A DNA stretch of 64,000 nt from Octopus vulgaris (lineage: Eukaryota). The stretch covers positions 56,668,001 to 56,732,000 of the forward strand of contig OX597831.1 in NCBI GenBank assembly GCA_951406725.2, written 5' to 3'. Shown piece after piece: positions 39,692 to 64,000 of the stretch (positions are counted from its first letter, which is position 1; each line of letters opens with the position of its first letter). The translations under genes and the position numbers were made by a program. Below the pieces are notes generated by a model. That model was given only the letters and a program-made list of their open reading frames with translations, made no database searches and was not told the DNA's origin.

Positions 39692-39720
39692 CTTGAATTT
39701 TAAATTATTTTGTATTCAAA

Positions 39721-60911
<21,191 letters not shown>

Positions 60912-61031
60912 GCTGAAAACAAAACCGTCTTCAACACAGTTATGTCCCTTCCATTGAACCTGCTCATACGAGTACAGGGCCGTGTTAACATTACAAGCCC
61001 AAGGACAAAATAATACAATGAAGCCCTACAT

Positions 61032-61233
61032 CAGTGCTTTTCAACCCTTTTGCAGGAGCGGAACCCTAAGGAAACATTCCACTGGCTCGAGGAACCCCTG
61101 TGCAGTAATTTAATAGTCTTATGCACACGTATCTGCACAGGAGACTTAAAAATTACTGCCGATTGTAGCAGTTTTGGTAACTTCTTGCGGAACCCCTGGA
61201 CTGTACTGGCGGAACCCTGGTTGAAAACCACTG
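61032..61233. mobile_element. hAT MITE 120 bp upstream of the GPATCH4 ATG
   Basis: TIRs CAGTGCTTTTCAACC / GGTTGAAAACCACTG; perfect 8-bp TSD CCCTACAT at 61024-61031 and 61234-61241. Confidence 0.92.
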
Positions 61234-61379
61234 CCCTACATGTATTGATAGTAAGCTACAGGTACAGAGATAAAAATTATCAAGCAGTAGTGGTGGACAA
61301 ACACAAATACATACGCACAACACACACACAAGGAAAAAAATATCGTTAAAAAAGCCTCCTTGCGAGATCTTGAATCATT

Positions 61380-63985
61380 TCGGTGGAAAATCTGGAATTA
61401 AAAGAGGAATCTCAACCTCAATGCATCATGGCTAAATGCAGTAAAAAGAGAATACTGTACCGGCATGAACAGTAAGATACATGCAATTGACTCTGAAATT
61501 TTCACCATAACTGCAGGCAAATTGCATAATGGGAAGGCACCTGTAAGGGAGCTATAGAAGGATGGTTGTGTTCCATCTAATGTGACTCTACTCAGAAGGA
61601 TGTAATATCATTTGACAGGAACATAGTATAAAGAAATGCATGGAACAAGGTGGTAACTTTAAATGTCTTTAATGCCAGCCACATGTATTTATACAAGCTG
61701 AATAATAAATGGAAATGGTTGATGAACATTTACTCTCTCTCTTTACTCTTTTACTTGTTTCAGTCATTTGACTGCGACCATGCTGGAGCACCGCCTTTAA
61801 TCGAGCAACTCAACCCCGGGACTTATTCTTTTGTAAGCCCAGTACTTATTCTATCGGTCTCTTTTGCCGAACCGCTAAGTAACGGGGACATAAACACACC
61901 AGCATCAGTTGTCAAGCAATGCTAAGGGGACAAACACGGACGCACAAACACACACACGCATATATATATATATATATACATATATACGACAGGCTTCTTT
62001 CAGTTTCCGTCTACCAAATCCACTCACAAGGCTTTGGTCAGCCCGAGGCTATAGTAGAAGTCACTTGTCCAAGGTGCCACGCAGTGGGACTGAACCCGGA
62101 ACTGTGTGGTTGGTAAACAAGCTACTTACCACACAGCCACTCCTGCGCCTATATTTATTCATATCTCTACATGCATCTGCGTGGGTGGTATGTTTGCTAT
62201 TAACTAGGGTGAGGTAGCTCACAAACAGCGATATGTTAGAACCAGTGCAGTATTGTTGGTGCTGTGTAGAGATGTTGTTGATGACGTTGGTGAGAGACAT
62301 GATGGTGGCGATGAAGATGGAGGTTGCTGTAATGTGGCCAGTGGTTAAACCTTAGACGGTCTGATATTAACAGGCCCTGAGAGTAGGAGGAGGTGAGTTT
62401 ATATAGCTAATGGTAGGCTCAAATGGAGTTTCGAACAGAGTGTCTAATGTGATTTATTTGGAGCCTGCGATTGGTTAAGTTGCATATTGGTGCACAATAG
62501 AGTGACAAATTGCACCAATACCAACCAATCAGAGTGGTAGACACAACAGGGTCCAAAACAGCGCCCAAAGGTTATCTGTTACCTGCTATGTTCATATGTA
62601 GATATAATAGAGAAAGGAAGTTCACTAGAGTTCGCTACATCCTAATAGTTGTATATTGGTAAAAGAGGCTAACATTTTACAAGAAACCACTAATAAGTAT
62701 ATTCAACAGTACTATGGAAGGTCAGCTGGACCAAATTGGCTTGCTATAGCACTGTGAATCTCGTGGCCAAGAATGAAACCACTGAGTTGTTTGAAAACTA
62801 TAGGCCCATTACTTGCCTAAATATTATGTACAAACTGTACACAAGCTGTCTCAACTAATCCTTCTCAGATTACTGTAAATCCAACAACATAGTGATTAAT
62901 GAGCAGGCAGGTGAAAAGAAAGGAGTGTGGGAATGTGCTGAACAACTGATAAACAAAGCTGTACAGTCTAAGGTTAGAAAATAAATTGTAGGTGTCTTAC
63001 AACAGCCATGGCTGCTGAAGTGTCTTCGTTTGGCAAAAGTGCCTGCTACCTTAACTGCAGCCATTGAGAGGTTCACAAAGACCTCGGCTACTATTCTGTA
63101 ATGACTGTGCGAGATGATGAGGTGATGAAAATGGTGCGAGGTGATGAGAATAGCACTTTAGTACCACATCACATGGCCGATACAATAAAGAGAAATTGAA
63201 AAGTAGAAACAAGTGCCAGAAGGGAAAAGACACAACCACATAGAAATGATTAAGAGAGTATCTATTGATATGTTAACATGTGTGTCTGTTTGTGCGTCAC
63301 ATATACAGAATGATAGACAGGCCGTCATGAGCACAAAATGGTGCGAGGTGATGAGAATGGCACTTTAGTACCACATCACATGGCCGATACAATAAAGAGA
63401 AATTGAAAAGTAGAAACAAGTGCCAGAGCATGGTGGTGGCAAAGAAGGAGGCAGTTGCCATAATGCTGTTGGACAAAGTTGGTGAGTCTCAACGTGGCTG
63501 CTGTAGTAGAGGTGTCTGGTGTTGTTGCTGGAACTGGCTGTGTCTTTGTGGTCAATGGCTATACCTTAAAAGGTCTGGAACCAAAGACCTCAGAACGAGG
63601 AAAAGCTGAGTTTTTATAAGGAGCTGTAGGCTAAAAACAGGGTTGTAAACAGACTGTGTCGCATGATCCCAGGCAAGTTGGTGTGACAGAGTAAGAGACA
63701 AATTTCCCCAATACTAACCAATCAGAGCAGTGAATACAATGGGATCCAAATAGCAGCCAAAGGTTAGCTGTTCCCTGCTACGTTTGAATCGACGTATACA
63801 TAATAAGTGGGGGAGAGGAATTTCACCTGAGTTTACACTATAATCCTCATACTTACAACAGAGAGTGGAATGATCCTCACCAATGCTATAAATATTTCAA
63901 AGGGAATATTCCTTGAAGATAGTCTCCTTGTACTGCTGCCCATTTTGGCTTTGAACCCATTATCATTCCTGCTACAAAAAAGAAC
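61380..63985 (+). mobile_element. Fragmented R4/Dong-type non-LTR retrotransposon RT remnant, interrupted by SINE and other insertions
   Basis: NLNASWLNAVK...KAP (61400-61560); ENYRPITCLNIMYKLYTSCL, NEQAGEKKGVWECAEQL (62790-62960); WLLKCL; KGIFLEDSL..L...ALNPLSFLL (63895-63975). Confidence 0.8.
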
Positions 63986-64000
63986 ATGCTAGGGTCTGCA

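Overview
Repeat-dense, AT-rich animal genomic DNA. The SINE families and microsatellite load suggest an octopod cephalopod (inference). One intact spliced gene can be reconstructed: GPATCH4 on the minus strand, 7 coding exons from 60911 to 39721, all GT-AG, giving a 906-nt CDS and 301-aa protein with an N-terminal G-patch and a Lys-rich tail. Most of the rest is transposon debris: RTE, CR1-type and R4/Dong LINE fragments, at least three tRNA-derived SINE families, mariner/maT/rosa DNA transposons, hAT and piggyBac-type MITEs with clean TSDs, a Helitron and a 90-bp minisatellite. The ~8.3-kb near-identical tandem duplication (7123-15438 / 15539-23832) around a 100-N gap is most likely an assembly artefact. 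The most interesting signal is at the RNA level. A Penelope-like element (GIY-YIG remnant) has inverted terminal repeats carrying an apparently intact type I hammerhead ribozyme. Several other hammerhead-like fold-back elements sit in (TA)n tracts, one just downstream of the GPATCH4 stop codon. An RTE-derived short element begins with an HDV-like ribozyme fold. All calls were made by eye; no searches or folding programs were run.
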